A stretch of 63,606 nt of DNA from Verrucomicrobiota bacterium (GCA_030747505.1 JASLKQ010000004.1:1-63606); one strand, 5' to 3'. Counted from the stretch's first letter, positions 6,897 to 16,813 are shown. Notes: generated by a model from the sequence alone, not told the origin. Made by a program: numbers and translations.

Positions 6897-9800
6897 TTGA
6901 AGACGATGAAAACCGATACGGTTACCCCCAGTTCACTGGACGATGTGTTGCTCTCAGCAGATGTCTGTTATGCCGAAGGCAATCAGACTGGAGCAATTGA
7001 GGCTCTGGATCAGGCCGCCAAATTGTCCCAACGGCATCCAGTCATTCTCCGGGCATTGGGAACCCAGCTTTTTCTGAACGGCCGGCACACATGGTCACGA
7101 ACAGTTTTTGAAGAACTAACCAACGCATTCCCCGAAGAAGTCGATGATCACATCAATTATGCCATCGCCGCATTTCATGATGGCGACTCAGACTCCTGTG
7201 CAGCTGCCTTACAAAAGGCGTTGGCACTAGATCCTCTCCATAAAGATGCCTTGAAACTGACCGCTGACTTGGATGTGAAGGAAGGGCGATACTCTGAGGC
7301 CAAGGTGAAGTATGAACTGATCGCGGAAAAGCACGGCATTAGTGTTGAGTCACTTCATGCGCTGGCCTATTGCCAGTTTAAAACCGGCGATACACTTCGG
7401 GCTGAGAACACCTATCAGCAACTGGTAGAATTCAATGAGGAAGACGAGCTCGCGAGCCACAACCTCAATATGGTGAGAAACGCAAAGGAAGACACCTCGA
7501 CTCAAAAGGAGGAGCCAGAAAATGATGGTGACGCCTCAAAAGAAAAAACTTCAGGAACGGCCGCTGAAAAGGCGCTGGAAGAAGCCGACTTCTTCATGCA
7601 AGCGGGAAACAGCGAGGGTGCTTTAGCCCACCTGAAACAAGCCGTGTTACTTGATGGATCGAGTCCTGCACTGGTTGAAGCTTACGGATCAATGTTGTTT
7701 AGCGCCGGAGATTACAACTCGGCCCGTGAACAATTTCGCAAGCTAATCGAATTATGCCCCGGGGATGTTAATGCTTATATTCGACTTGCGATGTCCTGTT
7801 ATGAGGACGGCCGGATTGAGGAATTTGAATGTGCCCTGGGATTAGCCATGGAGATTGATCCGGAAAACACGGCCTTGCTGCACTTTTGGGGGAAAATAAA
7901 TCTCGACGAGGAAAATTATCATGATGCCGGCCGCATTTTTGTTAAGCTCGTGGAACTGGAGCCAGACAATATCGATAATCTGCTGGCGTTGGGAAAATGC
8001 CTTTACCACGGAAAGGAAACCGAATCCGCAACAATGGTATTCGAACGGGTGCTGGATCTGGATCCGGAAAACTCAATGGCCCACAAAGGTCTGGACTTGA
8101 TCGCATCTGATCCGGCCCCTGAAAAAGAAGCCGATGAGTCGAACTCACCAGCTGAAGACAATGAAGTTACCTCAACTAGCCCCCTTGAGGACTGCCTCAA
8201 GGCTGCCGACCAAGCACTACGCGAAGAAAAACCAGATAAAGCAGTGGAAATATTATCTTCCGCTCTTGAGGTTCATCCTGATGATTCACAACTCATCAAC
8301 ACACTGGGCTCACTGTACTTTAATCTGGAACAGACAAATGATGCCCTCGAGTTGTTTGTGAAAAAGGCTGAACTGCAGCCTGAGGACATCGAGAACCATC
8401 TACAGGTAGCTGGTACAGCATTTGTAGCCGAAAAATTCGATCTTTTTGAAAAGCACCTCGAAAAAGTCCTGACAAAAGATCCTACAAATGGACATGGCTT
8501 GAAGCTTTTGGCCTCCGCCAATTTTAGGTCTAAAAACTACAAGGAAGCAGCAGATCTATATTATCAGCTTGTTGATGTCTTTCCGGAAGACACGGAAATC
8601 GTTCTTGCTCTGGGAATATGTTTTCACCAACTGGGAGATACTGCCACCGCCGAATCCTGTTTCAAACGCACTCTTGAAATCGACCCCTACAACGAAATTG
8701 CCTCCGGCAACCTGGAAGAACTGGATAAATTAAAATCAAGCAACCAAACTTCCAGCGACGTTGAGATTTTTAGTGAGCCAGACGAAGGAGATCCCGATAA
8801 AGCACCCCTTCAATCGGAACAGGAGCCAGTCCCGGTGGCTGCAGGAATTGATAACTTAAAGCATGCCCAACCCTTGTTGGATGAAAAAAAAAATCTGGAA
8901 GAACTGGATAAATTAAAATCCAGCGACATTGAGGTTTTTAGTGAGCCAGACGAAAGCGATCCCGATAAAGCACCCCTTCAATCGGAACAGGAGCCAGTCC
9001 CGGTAACTGCAGGAATTGGGAACTTAAAGCATGCCCAACACCTGTTGGATGAAAAAAAATATCTCGAAGCATGGAATGCCACGCTCGAGGCGATCTCCTT
9101 ACGCTCTTTCCATCCCGAAGCTTATTTGAACCTGACTGAAATTGCCCTTTGTGTGAATGATGAAGTGCAGGCCAAAAAATGCCTCGAGGTACTGGCGGAG
9201 CTTACCCCCAAATGGACCATTGCCTCCCAAGCCCTCGACTCACTGAAAAAACAACCCAACCTGAGCACATCGGATTTCAACTGGCCGGATTTACCCAAAC
9301 GCAATACGACACCCAATATCTCGGCGTGTCTGATCGTCAAAGATGAGGAACGGTTTTTGGGCCAGTGCCTAAAGTCACTAAAAGGCGTGGTTAACCAAAT
9401 TGTGGTTGTCGACACCGGGTCAACAGACCGAACAGTTGAAATCGCAAAGGAACACGGAGCTGAAGTCCATCATTTTGACTGGTGCGATGATTTTGCCGCA
9501 GCGCGCAATTTTGCCCTGGAACAGGTCCGCGGAGACTGGATATTGATTCTGGATGCCGACGAGGTATTAACCTCCCAGGGACGCAAGGGGTTAAAGCATG
9601 ACACCCAACAAACCGACTTTCTGGGTTATCGCATTCGCTGCACAAATATGGAGCCATCTGATAACGGTGGCTACCAGCCAATGGCCGACGCCTGGCATTT
9701 TATCCCCCGTCTCACCCGTAATGCTCCTGGACTTCATTTTGTCGGAACCATACACGAACAAATTTTTAGCTCGGTGAACATCCGTGCCGAGGAATGGGGA

Positions 9801-10943
9801 ATGGAGGGCGGTTTTGGAAAAACCGAAATCAAGCATTATGGCTACGCTGAGGAAATTAAAAAGGACCGAAACAAAACTGAACGCAATATCTCCCTCATCG
9901 AAAAGGCATTGGAAAAAAACCCTCATGAGCCGACCCTTTTAATGAGTTACGCTCTGGACTTATTTAACCGTGGAGAAATTGAAATGGCATTGGAGAAGCT
10001 CCGGGAATCCTTTGATCTGATCAAAGATCATCCGTCCAAATCACTGGCTCCTGAGGTGCGTGAAAGACTCATCAATGTCTTCATTAATTTACTGCTGCAA
10101 GCCGAAATATATGACGAGCTCATTGAGGTCGCCAATAGCCAACTGGCCAAGGATTGTGGACCCACAAGTTCCATCCTGTTTATGCATGCCCTTGCATTGG
10201 TCAAGTCCGGCCGGTCGGCTGAAGCAATTGAGCCACTGCAAGAATGTATCACAAAGCAGAATGACCGCACCTACACCTCCCCGTTCAAGGGATCTGTCGG
10301 CGCGCCTCCCTTCCATCTCTTAGCCGATTGCCTCGGTCGGGCAGGCGATCTGGAGGGTGCCCTGGAAGGATATAAAGCCGCCCTGGAAATGGACCCGGAA
10401 AGCCCAGGCATCCGGCATGATTACGCCAAACTATTAGCCCACCAGAACCGTCCGGAAGAGGCGATTGAATTATTGAACCAAGCCATTCAGTTCGACTCCA
10501 TGGAAAGCCGCCTCTGGACATTGGGTTGCCAAATTGTTAACGGTCACCTCCATGATATAGATATCGCACTTCGATGGACAGAATGTGCTGTTGAAGAAGT
10601 TCCCAATAATCCGGAAATCCAAAAACAACGCGGCATTGCGTTAATTACAGCAGGCCAATTCGAGGAGGCCCTGCCATTATTTGAGCAAACCCCCCCGCAT
10701 CCCCTCACCGATGCCGCCCGTATTTTATGTCAAATTGTGACAGACAAGAAACCGGACCCGACCCCCGTAGACTCCACTCAGGAAGTGGTCGTCAGTAGTG
10801 CCCTCGTTAATTGGTATCGGCGATTTCTGGAGCGTGGGTTAACTAAGCCTGCGCAAAAAGTAACCCAAAGAATTGAATCGATTGAGGCTGTCCTGCCCAG
10901 TGCAGCCAAGATACTCAAGGAAGCCATTACAGAAGCTGATTAG
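6897..10943 (+). CDS. Multidomain protein (1348 aa): TPR repeats, a family-2 (GT-A) glycosyltransferase domain, then more TPR repeats
   Basis: The GT2 core is ISACLIVKDEERFLGQCLKSL...VVVDTGSTDRT...DDFAAARNFAL...WILILDADEVL, which includes a DXD motif. Many TPR-like helical repeats lie on both sides of it. The first ATG is at 6906 and the track start is TTG 6897. Confidence 0.85.
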   Translation: MKTMKTDTVTPSSLDDVLLSADVCYAEGNQTGAIEALDQAAKLSQRHPVILRALGTQLFLNGRHTWSRTVFEELTNAFPEEVDDHINYAIAAFHDGDSDSCAAALQKALALDPLHKDALKLTADLDVKEGRYSEAKVKYELIAEKHGISVESLHALAYCQFKTGDTLRAENTYQQLVEFNEEDELASHNLNMVRNAKEDTSTQKEEPENDGDASKEKTSGTAAEKALEEADFFMQAGNSEGALAHLKQAVLLDGSSPALVEAYGSMLFSAGDYNSAREQFRKLIELCPGDVNAYIRLAMSCYEDGRIEEFECALGLAMEIDPENTALLHFWGKINLDEENYHDAGRIFVKLVELEPDNIDNLLALGKCLYHGKETESATMVFERVLDLDPENSMAHKGLDLIASDPAPEKEADESNSPAEDNEVTSTSPLEDCLKAADQALREEKPDKAVEILSSALEVHPDDSQLINTLGSLYFNLEQTNDALELFVKKAELQPEDIENHLQVAGTAFVAEKFDLFEKHLEKVLTKDPTNGHGLKLLASANFRSKNYKEAADLYYQLVDVFPEDTEIVLALGICFHQLGDTATAESCFKRTLEIDPYNEIASGNLEELDKLKSSNQTSSDVEIFSEPDEGDPDKAPLQSEQEPVPVAAGIDNLKHAQPLLDEKKNLEELDKLKSSDIEVFSEPDESDPDKAPLQSEQEPVPVTAGIGNLKHAQHLLDEKKYLEAWNATLEAISLRSFHPEAYLNLTEIALCVNDEVQAKKCLEVLAELTPKWTIASQALDSLKKQPNLSTSDFNWPDLPKRNTTPNISACLIVKDEERFLGQCLKSLKGVVNQIVVVDTGSTDRTVEIAKEHGAEVHHFDWCDDFAAARNFALEQVRGDWILILDADEVLTSQGRKGLKHDTQQTDFLGYRIRCTNMEPSDNGGYQPMADAWHFIPRLTRNAPGLHFVGTIHEQIFSSVNIRAEEWGMEGGFGKTEIKHYGYAEEIKKDRNKTERNISLIEKALEKNPHEPTLLMSYALDLFNRGEIEMALEKLRESFDLIKDHPSKSLAPEVRERLINVFINLLLQAEIYDELIEVANSQLAKDCGPTSSILFMHALALVKSGRSAEAIEPLQECITKQNDRTYTSPFKGSVGAPPFHLLADCLGRAGDLEGALEGYKAALEMDPESPGIRHDYAKLLAHQNRPEEAIELLNQAIQFDSMESRLWTLGCQIVNGHLHDIDIALRWTECAVEEVPNNPEIQKQRGIALITAGQFEEALPLFEQTPPHPLTDAARILCQIVTDKKPDPTPVDSTQEVVVSSALVNWYRRFLERGLTKPAQKVTQRIESIEAVLPSAAKILKEAITEAD
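8709..9060 (+). repeat. In-frame tandem duplication (about 182 nt + 170 nt) inside the TPR-GT2 gene
   Basis: NLEELDKLKSS...VEIFSEPDEGDPDKAPLQSEQEPVPVAAGIDNLKHAQPLLDEKK is repeated as NLEELDKLKSSDIEVFSEPDESDPDKAPLQSEQEPVPVTAGIGNLKHAQHLLDEKK. The copies are nearly identical at the DNA level apart from a 12-nt indel. Confidence 0.9.
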
Positions 10944-11051
10944 ATTCTGTTTCTAAAAAAGATTCCGACCTCACTCTTCTCAGACGGGGAGACCAAGAAA
11001 ACCTTTGAGTGTGGTTCTGTTATTGCCTGCGACTGTCTTGTTTAGGGCCAG

Positions 11052-12203
11052 TCACTCCTCCATGTATTCACTGACACCCTGACCGGTAAAGGTATCCTGT
11101 CCAAGCTTGATGATTAATGTGTATGTCCTTTTATCCTCAGTCAAAAAATGCTCACTAATTTCGGCAACCCCTGGAGGAAAAATTGATGCCCACCTGATTT
11201 TTTTACCGACCGGATCCCATTTCCCAAGGTACTGATAAACAGCCCCGTCCTCAAAAAAATACGCATATCGATACATCTTTTGGATGGGGTCATAAGTTTT
11301 AACCCATAAAAAATGTTCCTTTTCCTCGCCTGAATCAATTAATCCTTCGTTTATCAAGCAGCGGCCTCCCCACGACCAACTCATTCGATTAACCACGGAT
11401 ATTTTCTGTGTTTTATTATCAGTATCTCGAGTCAGAGACTGTGAATCCTTCCACAGGCCCACCTTCCCGATTCTCGCCAGTTCCTTGCATACCGGACTGG
11501 ATTCCACCCGATCTTTAGCATTGAGTTCCCTGACATACGCCAATCGGCTTTCCCCCTTCTTTAGCGGAAACCCTCTCCTTTTGATGGAAAACTCGGTTTG
11601 CACCTCCTTTGTTCCGGAAAAAACATCCTTTAAATTAAACTGAAGACCATCAGCTCCCGGAGGCGGGAAAGACTTCTCCCAGTTGAGGGATGTTTTCTCT
11701 TTATTCCAATCACCGACAAAACCAAAAACCAGGCCATCATCCTGAAACCATGTACTCTTAAATTTATTCTTGGACGCCGAATTACGATAGGTGTTGACGA
11801 CCAAAGAATATTTGTTGCCCTTTTCCGATTCGATTCTCGACTCAATTAATTGGCAGCGACCATTGAGAGCCCACCTAATCTTGGTGGTAGAAGCTGTGTT
11901 GAATATCCCTCCTTTTATGTCAAACAGAGAGGTTTGCTTTACCCAAAGTCCCGGCTTTTGGAACACATTCATATCTGAATGTGCCGGCTTGGTCGGGGTT
12001 GGCTTCAGCACCTCCTGAGCCGTCTCTTTTTTCCCACAGCCAAGGATAAAAAACCCACACAGGATATACGAAATAAACCTCACCGACCGACAGGGTAATA
12101 TAACTTCTGTTGTGTGGAAAGCTTTTGAGCAGCACAAAAAAGAACTGTCTGCGGTCATTAATATGAGTTTTACGGGAGTAAATCGTGGCAACATCTCGTC
12201 CAA
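11052..12203 (-). CDS. Exported lipoprotein with two tandem DUF1579-like domains
   Basis: The lipobox is FFILGC. There is an internal duplication (IRWALNGRCQLIES...FGFVGDWNKEK versus MSWSWGGRCLINEG...YQYLGKWDPVGKK). The true start is probably internal, for example GTG at 12083. Confidence 0.6.
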   Translation of the reverse strand: MDEMLPRFTPVKLILMTADSSFLCCSKAFHTTEVILPCRSVRFISYILCGFFILGCGKKETAQEVLKPTPTKPAHSDMNVFQKPGLWVKQTSLFDIKGGIFNTASTTKIRWALNGRCQLIESRIESEKGNKYSLVVNTYRNSASKNKFKSTWFQDDGLVFGFVGDWNKEKTSLNWEKSFPPPGADGLQFNLKDVFSGTKEVQTEFSIKRRGFPLKKGESRLAYVRELNAKDRVESSPVCKELARIGKVGLWKDSQSLTRDTDNKTQKISVVNRMSWSWGGRCLINEGLIDSGEEKEHFLWVKTYDPIQKMYRYAYFFEDGAVYQYLGKWDPVGKKIRWASIFPPGVAEISEHFLTEDKRTYTLIIKLGQDTFTGQGVSEYMEE

Positions 12204-12315
12204 TGGCCCTCTAGATAAGTTACATCATCTGTCCAAATATGGGCGACTTGTAACTTTTCTCGACCAAGAGCTATTAGATAGAGTGCAGAACACGTGACAT
12301 CTACCGGAACTTGAA

Positions 12316-14118
12316 ATGAAAGACTTTGATAAAAAAAGCATTGGCCTTAGTTATTCACAAACGTACAATCACCCCATGCAAAAGAGCTTCTCTCCCTTGG
12401 GTTGGCCTGTGGCTGCCCTGATTTGTGCCGGTTTATGGATCGGCTTCGCCAAGTCCCCTGTCCCTCCAGAAACCCAGGCCAAAGCACCCCTGCCATCTCC
12501 GGAGACTTATGTTGCAGCGAAGGATGAAAAAGCCGCCAAAGTCGTTCCAAAGAAACTTGGAGCCCTGCCTGCCAATGCGAAGCACATACCCGGAGGTGCC
12601 ACGGTCATCCTTTCGGCCAATATAGGAGAACTCCTTGAAAAAGGGGGTTACGCCGACTTCTTGAAGTCGGACATGTTCCAGGAGCTCAAGGGCATGTTGG
12701 AAAATGAAACAGCCCAGAAAATTATGGAGAACCCCGCCGCCAGCGGGATCGATATTTACCAGCCAGTATATCTTTACATGAATTTTGGAGCCCCTGCTGA
12801 AGAATTCGGCGACCCGTCTGTTACTGGAGGAATGATTGCTGCAGTGAAAGATTCCAAGGCTCTGGACAAGGCTCTGGACCTCGCAACGGCTCAAACCGGC
12901 CTGCCGGTTAATAAAACCGGCGAGAAAGGTTTCACCCAGCTTTTTATGCAAGGCATGCCTGCGGCTGTCGGTTACTCGGATAAGGTGATGATTGCAGTGG
13001 GCACCAATGACCCAAAGGAACTCCCCAAGATTACCCAAACTCTGGCCTCACGCATGGGTGGAAAAGGAGGCCTTAAGGATAACCGCATCACGTCCTTACT
13101 TCGCAACAAGTACGATGTAGCCGCCTGGATGGATTATGATAAGTTCATGAAATTTGTTACGGGAATGGTCCCAGAAGGCGAGCTTGATGTCGCCGGACTG
13201 GATCAATTCACCAAGGACACGGCATATGCCATGACCGTGAATTTTGAGGATGGCAAGATGTCCTCGGATATTATCGCTTATGGCAATGAAGACCTTTTTA
13301 AGGAGAATCTAAGCAAAGGAGGTCTGGATAAGGATCTGGTTAATTTAATTCCATCAGACCCCATATTGGTCGTAGCACAAGCGGTGAACATGGACCCGGT
13401 ACGTGATATGGTAAAGGAACACCTCATGCCCCTCATGGAGGAAGAACTCGGTGAAGTCTTTGAGCAGATGGAGGAAATGATCGGCCTCTCCATGGATGAA
13501 CTGATGAGCATCCCCAAGGGAGACTTCCTTGCCGTATGGGAAAGCCTGGCCATGGTGGAAGGCGATTTCGGTCCGCAACCCACCCCAAAACTGATCCTGG
13601 GCATGACGATTGAAAACCGGAAGAACCTGAATAAATTGATGAACAATCCCCAACTCCAAGCAGTGCTACCCATGCTTGCCACAGTCGGCTTACAGATCGC
13701 CCAGTCTGAGACAGGATTTTTTATCTGCAGTCAGAATCATGCTGCTGCTGTCAATGAAGGCAAGGCGACCAAGCCTATCAAGGGAGCCCACAGGGATTTA
13801 ATTGCCAAGAATGATTATGCCGGATTCTTCCGTTTTGCACCGCTGGTGAAGATTATCCAACAGTTTGCCGGAGAGGAAGAACAGGCAAAAATGGCTATTA
13901 AAGAACTGAACCGGCTGGATGAAGTAAACTTTTCTGGTGATATGAAAGGAGCCACGCAGAGGGGCAATATGACCCTTAAATTCAAGGACAAGAAAACCAA
14001 TGGCCTAAAGCAACTCATTGAAACCGGCCAACGTATCTACGAGATGGCTAAAAATGGGGCCCTCGAGGCTAATTTTGAAGGTGCTCCTGGAGAAATAGAA
14101 AACGCATTAAATAAGTAA
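12316..14118 (+). CDS. Hypothetical membrane-anchored or secreted protein (600 aa)
   Basis: This is a long ORF with an N-terminal hydrophobic segment (WPVAALICAGLWIGF). I recognise no catalytic motif. An alternative start is the ATG at 12376. Confidence 0.6.
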   Translation: MKDFDKKSIGLSYSQTYNHPMQKSFSPLGWPVAALICAGLWIGFAKSPVPPETQAKAPLPSPETYVAAKDEKAAKVVPKKLGALPANAKHIPGGATVILSANIGELLEKGGYADFLKSDMFQELKGMLENETAQKIMENPAASGIDIYQPVYLYMNFGAPAEEFGDPSVTGGMIAAVKDSKALDKALDLATAQTGLPVNKTGEKGFTQLFMQGMPAAVGYSDKVMIAVGTNDPKELPKITQTLASRMGGKGGLKDNRITSLLRNKYDVAAWMDYDKFMKFVTGMVPEGELDVAGLDQFTKDTAYAMTVNFEDGKMSSDIIAYGNEDLFKENLSKGGLDKDLVNLIPSDPILVVAQAVNMDPVRDMVKEHLMPLMEEELGEVFEQMEEMIGLSMDELMSIPKGDFLAVWESLAMVEGDFGPQPTPKLILGMTIENRKNLNKLMNNPQLQAVLPMLATVGLQIAQSETGFFICSQNHAAAVNEGKATKPIKGAHRDLIAKNDYAGFFRFAPLVKIIQQFAGEEEQAKMAIKELNRLDEVNFSGDMKGATQRGNMTLKFKDKKTNGLKQLIETGQRIYEMAKNGALEANFEGAPGEIENALNK

Positions 14119-14142
14119 TCCCCCCAATATCTCTAAATTACA

Positions 14143-14178
14143 AACTGAATTGAGTTTATCTCAGTTCGGTTTTTTTTT
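14143..14178 (+). terminator. Possible weak intrinsic terminator
   Basis: A short stem (aactga / tcagtt) is followed by cgg and a run of nine T residues. Confidence 0.3.
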
Positions 14179-14216
14179 GGTTTCTACGTCATAATAACTA
14201 AAGAAACCGCTTACTT

Positions 14217-15713
14217 ATGCCGATGAGTATCTTGGGAATCGACGGAATTATTCTGCGAAGAGGAAAAACGAGCACTGTACCCATGAGTGAGAACATCGAA
14301 AACTGCACCGCTGCGAGGCGTTTACCGCGCATCGAAACGTTGCAGCAGTACGGATTATCCCTCCAGAGAATGGGGGAACTGGATCTGGCAATTTCGGTGT
14401 ACCAGCGCATCCTTGAACTTGATGGCGACAATCCAGATGTCCGGTTTAATATTGGAGCCGCGCGACTGCAACAAACCCGCCCCACTGAGGCCCTTCAGCA
14501 GTTTAAAGCCGCTGCCCGACTCAAACCGGAGGAATCAGGACTGCATCTGGGCATGGCCAATGCCCATAAACTACTGGGAGACCTGAAATTAGCTGAATCC
14601 TACCTGAGAAAGGAACTCGAGATTTATCCTGAATCGGTAAAAGCCGCTGTCAACCTTGGATGGCTCCTCGAGGAACAAAACCGAGTTCCCGAGGCGCTCG
14701 TTCAATATCGCAAGGCGATGTACTATAATCTAAATGACGTCAATCTCAGATGGAATCATGGACTGGCATGCTTAACGTTAGGCGACTACGCTCGTGGATG
14801 GCGAGATTATGAGTACCGCTGGGCAGCACGTAACAAGCAAAAACCCCCTTACAACACCCCTGAATGGCAAGGAGAACACCTAAGCGATCGCACTTTACTC
14901 ATATATACTGAACAGGGTTTTGGTGATTCAATCATGTTTGGGCGTTTTGCTTTACAGCTTGGAGAGAAACACGAGAATATTGTACTCCATTGTCAGCCGG
15001 CCCTAAAACGTCTTTTAATGAAGCAACCGGGGCTAAGGCAAGTAACCTCAAAAAAAGATTTACCCCCCAAGCATGATGTTCACGCATCCCTTATGAGTCT
15101 GCCCTATTTGATGCAACTGAAAAATGAATTAGAACTGGGCGAAACTCCTTATTTGCAGAATTCCGAATTCAATGACGAATTGCCTTCATCAGATGCACTG
15201 TCGGGCGAGAAACGTATCGCCATCGCCTGGGCAAGCGCACCAGATGGAGAGACCTCAGAAAAGAAATCGATTCCTTATGTCAAATTTCGTCGACTATTTA
15301 ATGCACCCAACTGTCGGTTCTATTCAGTACAAGTTGACGCGGAGGCAACTGCAATCGCGGACATGAATCGACGGGCTAACGTCCATGATTTGAGTGAATC
15401 AATCATCGATTTTGAGGATACGACAGCTATTTTGGGTCAAATGGATTTGGTGATTTCAGTGGATACTGCCGTTGCACATTTAGCAGGGGCCCTGGGGCGA
15501 CCTACCTGGACCCTCCTCCCTTACGCAGCGGACTGGCGCTGGCGTGTGCATCGAACCGACAGTCCTTGGTACGGAACAATGAGGTTATTCCGACAGCAAC
15601 GGGCAGGAGGTGATTGGGATCACGTGCTGGAAGAAGTTAGCCATTGCCTCTTCAATTATGGCGCACAGATGTCGACTACCCGCTTGACCGGAAGCCACTT
15701 GTTGTCTGCCTAG
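14217..15713 (+). CDS. TPR protein with a C-terminal GT-B, GT9(heptosyltransferase)-like domain
   Basis: The N-terminal half carries TPR repeats. The C-terminal half contains TEQGFGDSIMFGRF...ISVDTAVAHLAGALGRPTWTLL...DWRW. It is a paralogue of the gene at 59714-61120. Confidence 0.7.
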   Translation: MPMSILGIDGIILRRGKTSTVPMSENIENCTAARRLPRIETLQQYGLSLQRMGELDLAISVYQRILELDGDNPDVRFNIGAARLQQTRPTEALQQFKAAARLKPEESGLHLGMANAHKLLGDLKLAESYLRKELEIYPESVKAAVNLGWLLEEQNRVPEALVQYRKAMYYNLNDVNLRWNHGLACLTLGDYARGWRDYEYRWAARNKQKPPYNTPEWQGEHLSDRTLLIYTEQGFGDSIMFGRFALQLGEKHENIVLHCQPALKRLLMKQPGLRQVTSKKDLPPKHDVHASLMSLPYLMQLKNELELGETPYLQNSEFNDELPSSDALSGEKRIAIAWASAPDGETSEKKSIPYVKFRRLFNAPNCRFYSVQVDAEATAIADMNRRANVHDLSESIIDFEDTTAILGQMDLVISVDTAVAHLAGALGRPTWTLLPYAADWRWRVHRTDSPWYGTMRLFRQQRAGGDWDHVLEEVSHCLFNYGAQMSTTRLTGSHLLSA

Positions 15714-16813
15714 ATAATTTTTCCCCCGGTGCGCATTGCCGAAGACACCCAGTCATCAAACAGTTGTTCAGGAATGACCTCTTGAAACTCACCGGGGATA
15801 TCTTGGCCCCCGGACAGGAACGTTACGGGCAATTCTGCAGACAGTGCTATATTCCAAACCTTTGCCCAATCTTCTGATTCGTCGGTATGTGTAATCATGA
15901 TCCCCGAAAGCGCCAAATCCTCGAACACTTTTACCTGTTGAAGCAAGAGATTCAGTTCATAGGAGCCATTCAATACCAAGTGCAGCTCAGCATCGCCCAA
16001 TGATTTAATCTGAACAGCCAATCCTTCAACAGCTTCGGCTGAAGCTGAAACCCCCGGCAAATCCACAAACCTCAAAGTATCTTCAGGCGGTTGGGTTGTT
16101 TCCACCCAAACCCGCTCGACGGGAACCTGCATCAGCTCGCCATGGAGACTCAAAAATTCGGCCGTGTTTGAGTGAGAACCATCCAAGCGCCATACGCGCG
16201 AGGGGCGCTGGCGCAGGAAGGTCTCTTGTGTCACCCATTTACAAAGAGCCGTTGTCTTTCCCGTGCCTGGAGGGCCAACCAAGACACGAATCGGGGTGCC
16301 AGGTTTTTCCGCTTTTCGAGCAAACCGGCCCCACTGATCAACCAAGACCTCACGCAGTAATTCCATTTCCTCCACCAAATTTCGCGGACGCGTACTTCCC
16401 AGGTGATGTCGCATTTGACTAGACAACCAGTGCACATGCTGTGGCAATAACCCTATATCCTGCAGTATCTTCACAGCCGGCAACAGAAGTTCCCCCTCTT
16501 CGCCCTTCCGCACTTCACGTATCATCTCTTGAATATTAGGCGGAAGATCATCTCTAACTTGCGCATCTCGTTCCTGCAGCTCACTTTCCAACTGTTGCAC
16601 TTTATCCGCCAATAGCTTAAGGGCTTCCTTTTGGGATTTTGTAGAGCCAGGGGGAGCAGCAAGAACTTCCACCTGGGGTTGCGCCCATAATCGTTTCACC
16701 CCGTCAGCCGGCAGTTTGCGAACATTCAAAATGACCGCGTCAGAACCCACCTCTGCCTGAACTTTTTCCAGAGCTTCCTGTGCGGTGTCGGCGGTGATTT
16801 TAACCGGATTCAT
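15710..16813 (-). CDS. flhF: Flagellar SRP-like GTPase FlhF
   Basis: The P-loop is GPPGTGKTT and the DxxG motif is VDLPG. The N-terminus is MNPVKITADTAQEALEKV. The gene follows flhA directly. Confidence 0.9.
   Translation of the reverse strand: MNPVKITADTAQEALEKVQAEVGSDAVILNVRKLPADGVKRLWAQPQVEVLAAPPGSTKSQKEALKLLADKVQQLESELQERDAQVRDDLPPNIQEMIREVRKGEEGELLLPAVKILQDIGLLPQHVHWLSSQMRHHLGSTRPRNLVEEMELLREVLVDQWGRFARKAEKPGTPIRVLVGPPGTGKTTALCKWVTQETFLRQRPSRVWRLDGSHSNTAEFLSLHGELMQVPVERVWVETTQPPEDTLRFVDLPGVSASAEAVEGLAVQIKSLGDAELHLVLNGSYELNLLLQQVKVFEDLALSGIMITHTDESEDWAKVWNIALSAELPVTFLSGGQDIPGEFQEVIPEQLFDDWVSSAMRTGGKII

Noticed and set aside
12433-13038. Long antisense ORFs in the track. Examples are 12433-13038, 32428-32865, 34178-34624, 41154-41585, 47891-48304, 27025-27393 and 62354-62818.
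   Set aside because: Each lies entirely opposite, or out of frame within, a gene with clear family motifs. Their translations are low-complexity (Ser/Pro/Arg/Ala-rich) and have no start-site signals. They are shadow ORFs of the real genes.
15710-15713. Convergent genes (the GT9-like gene and flhF) share overlapping stop codons in CTAG, with no terminator between them.
   Set aside because: This is real but a minor curiosity. It probably just reflects compact gene packing.
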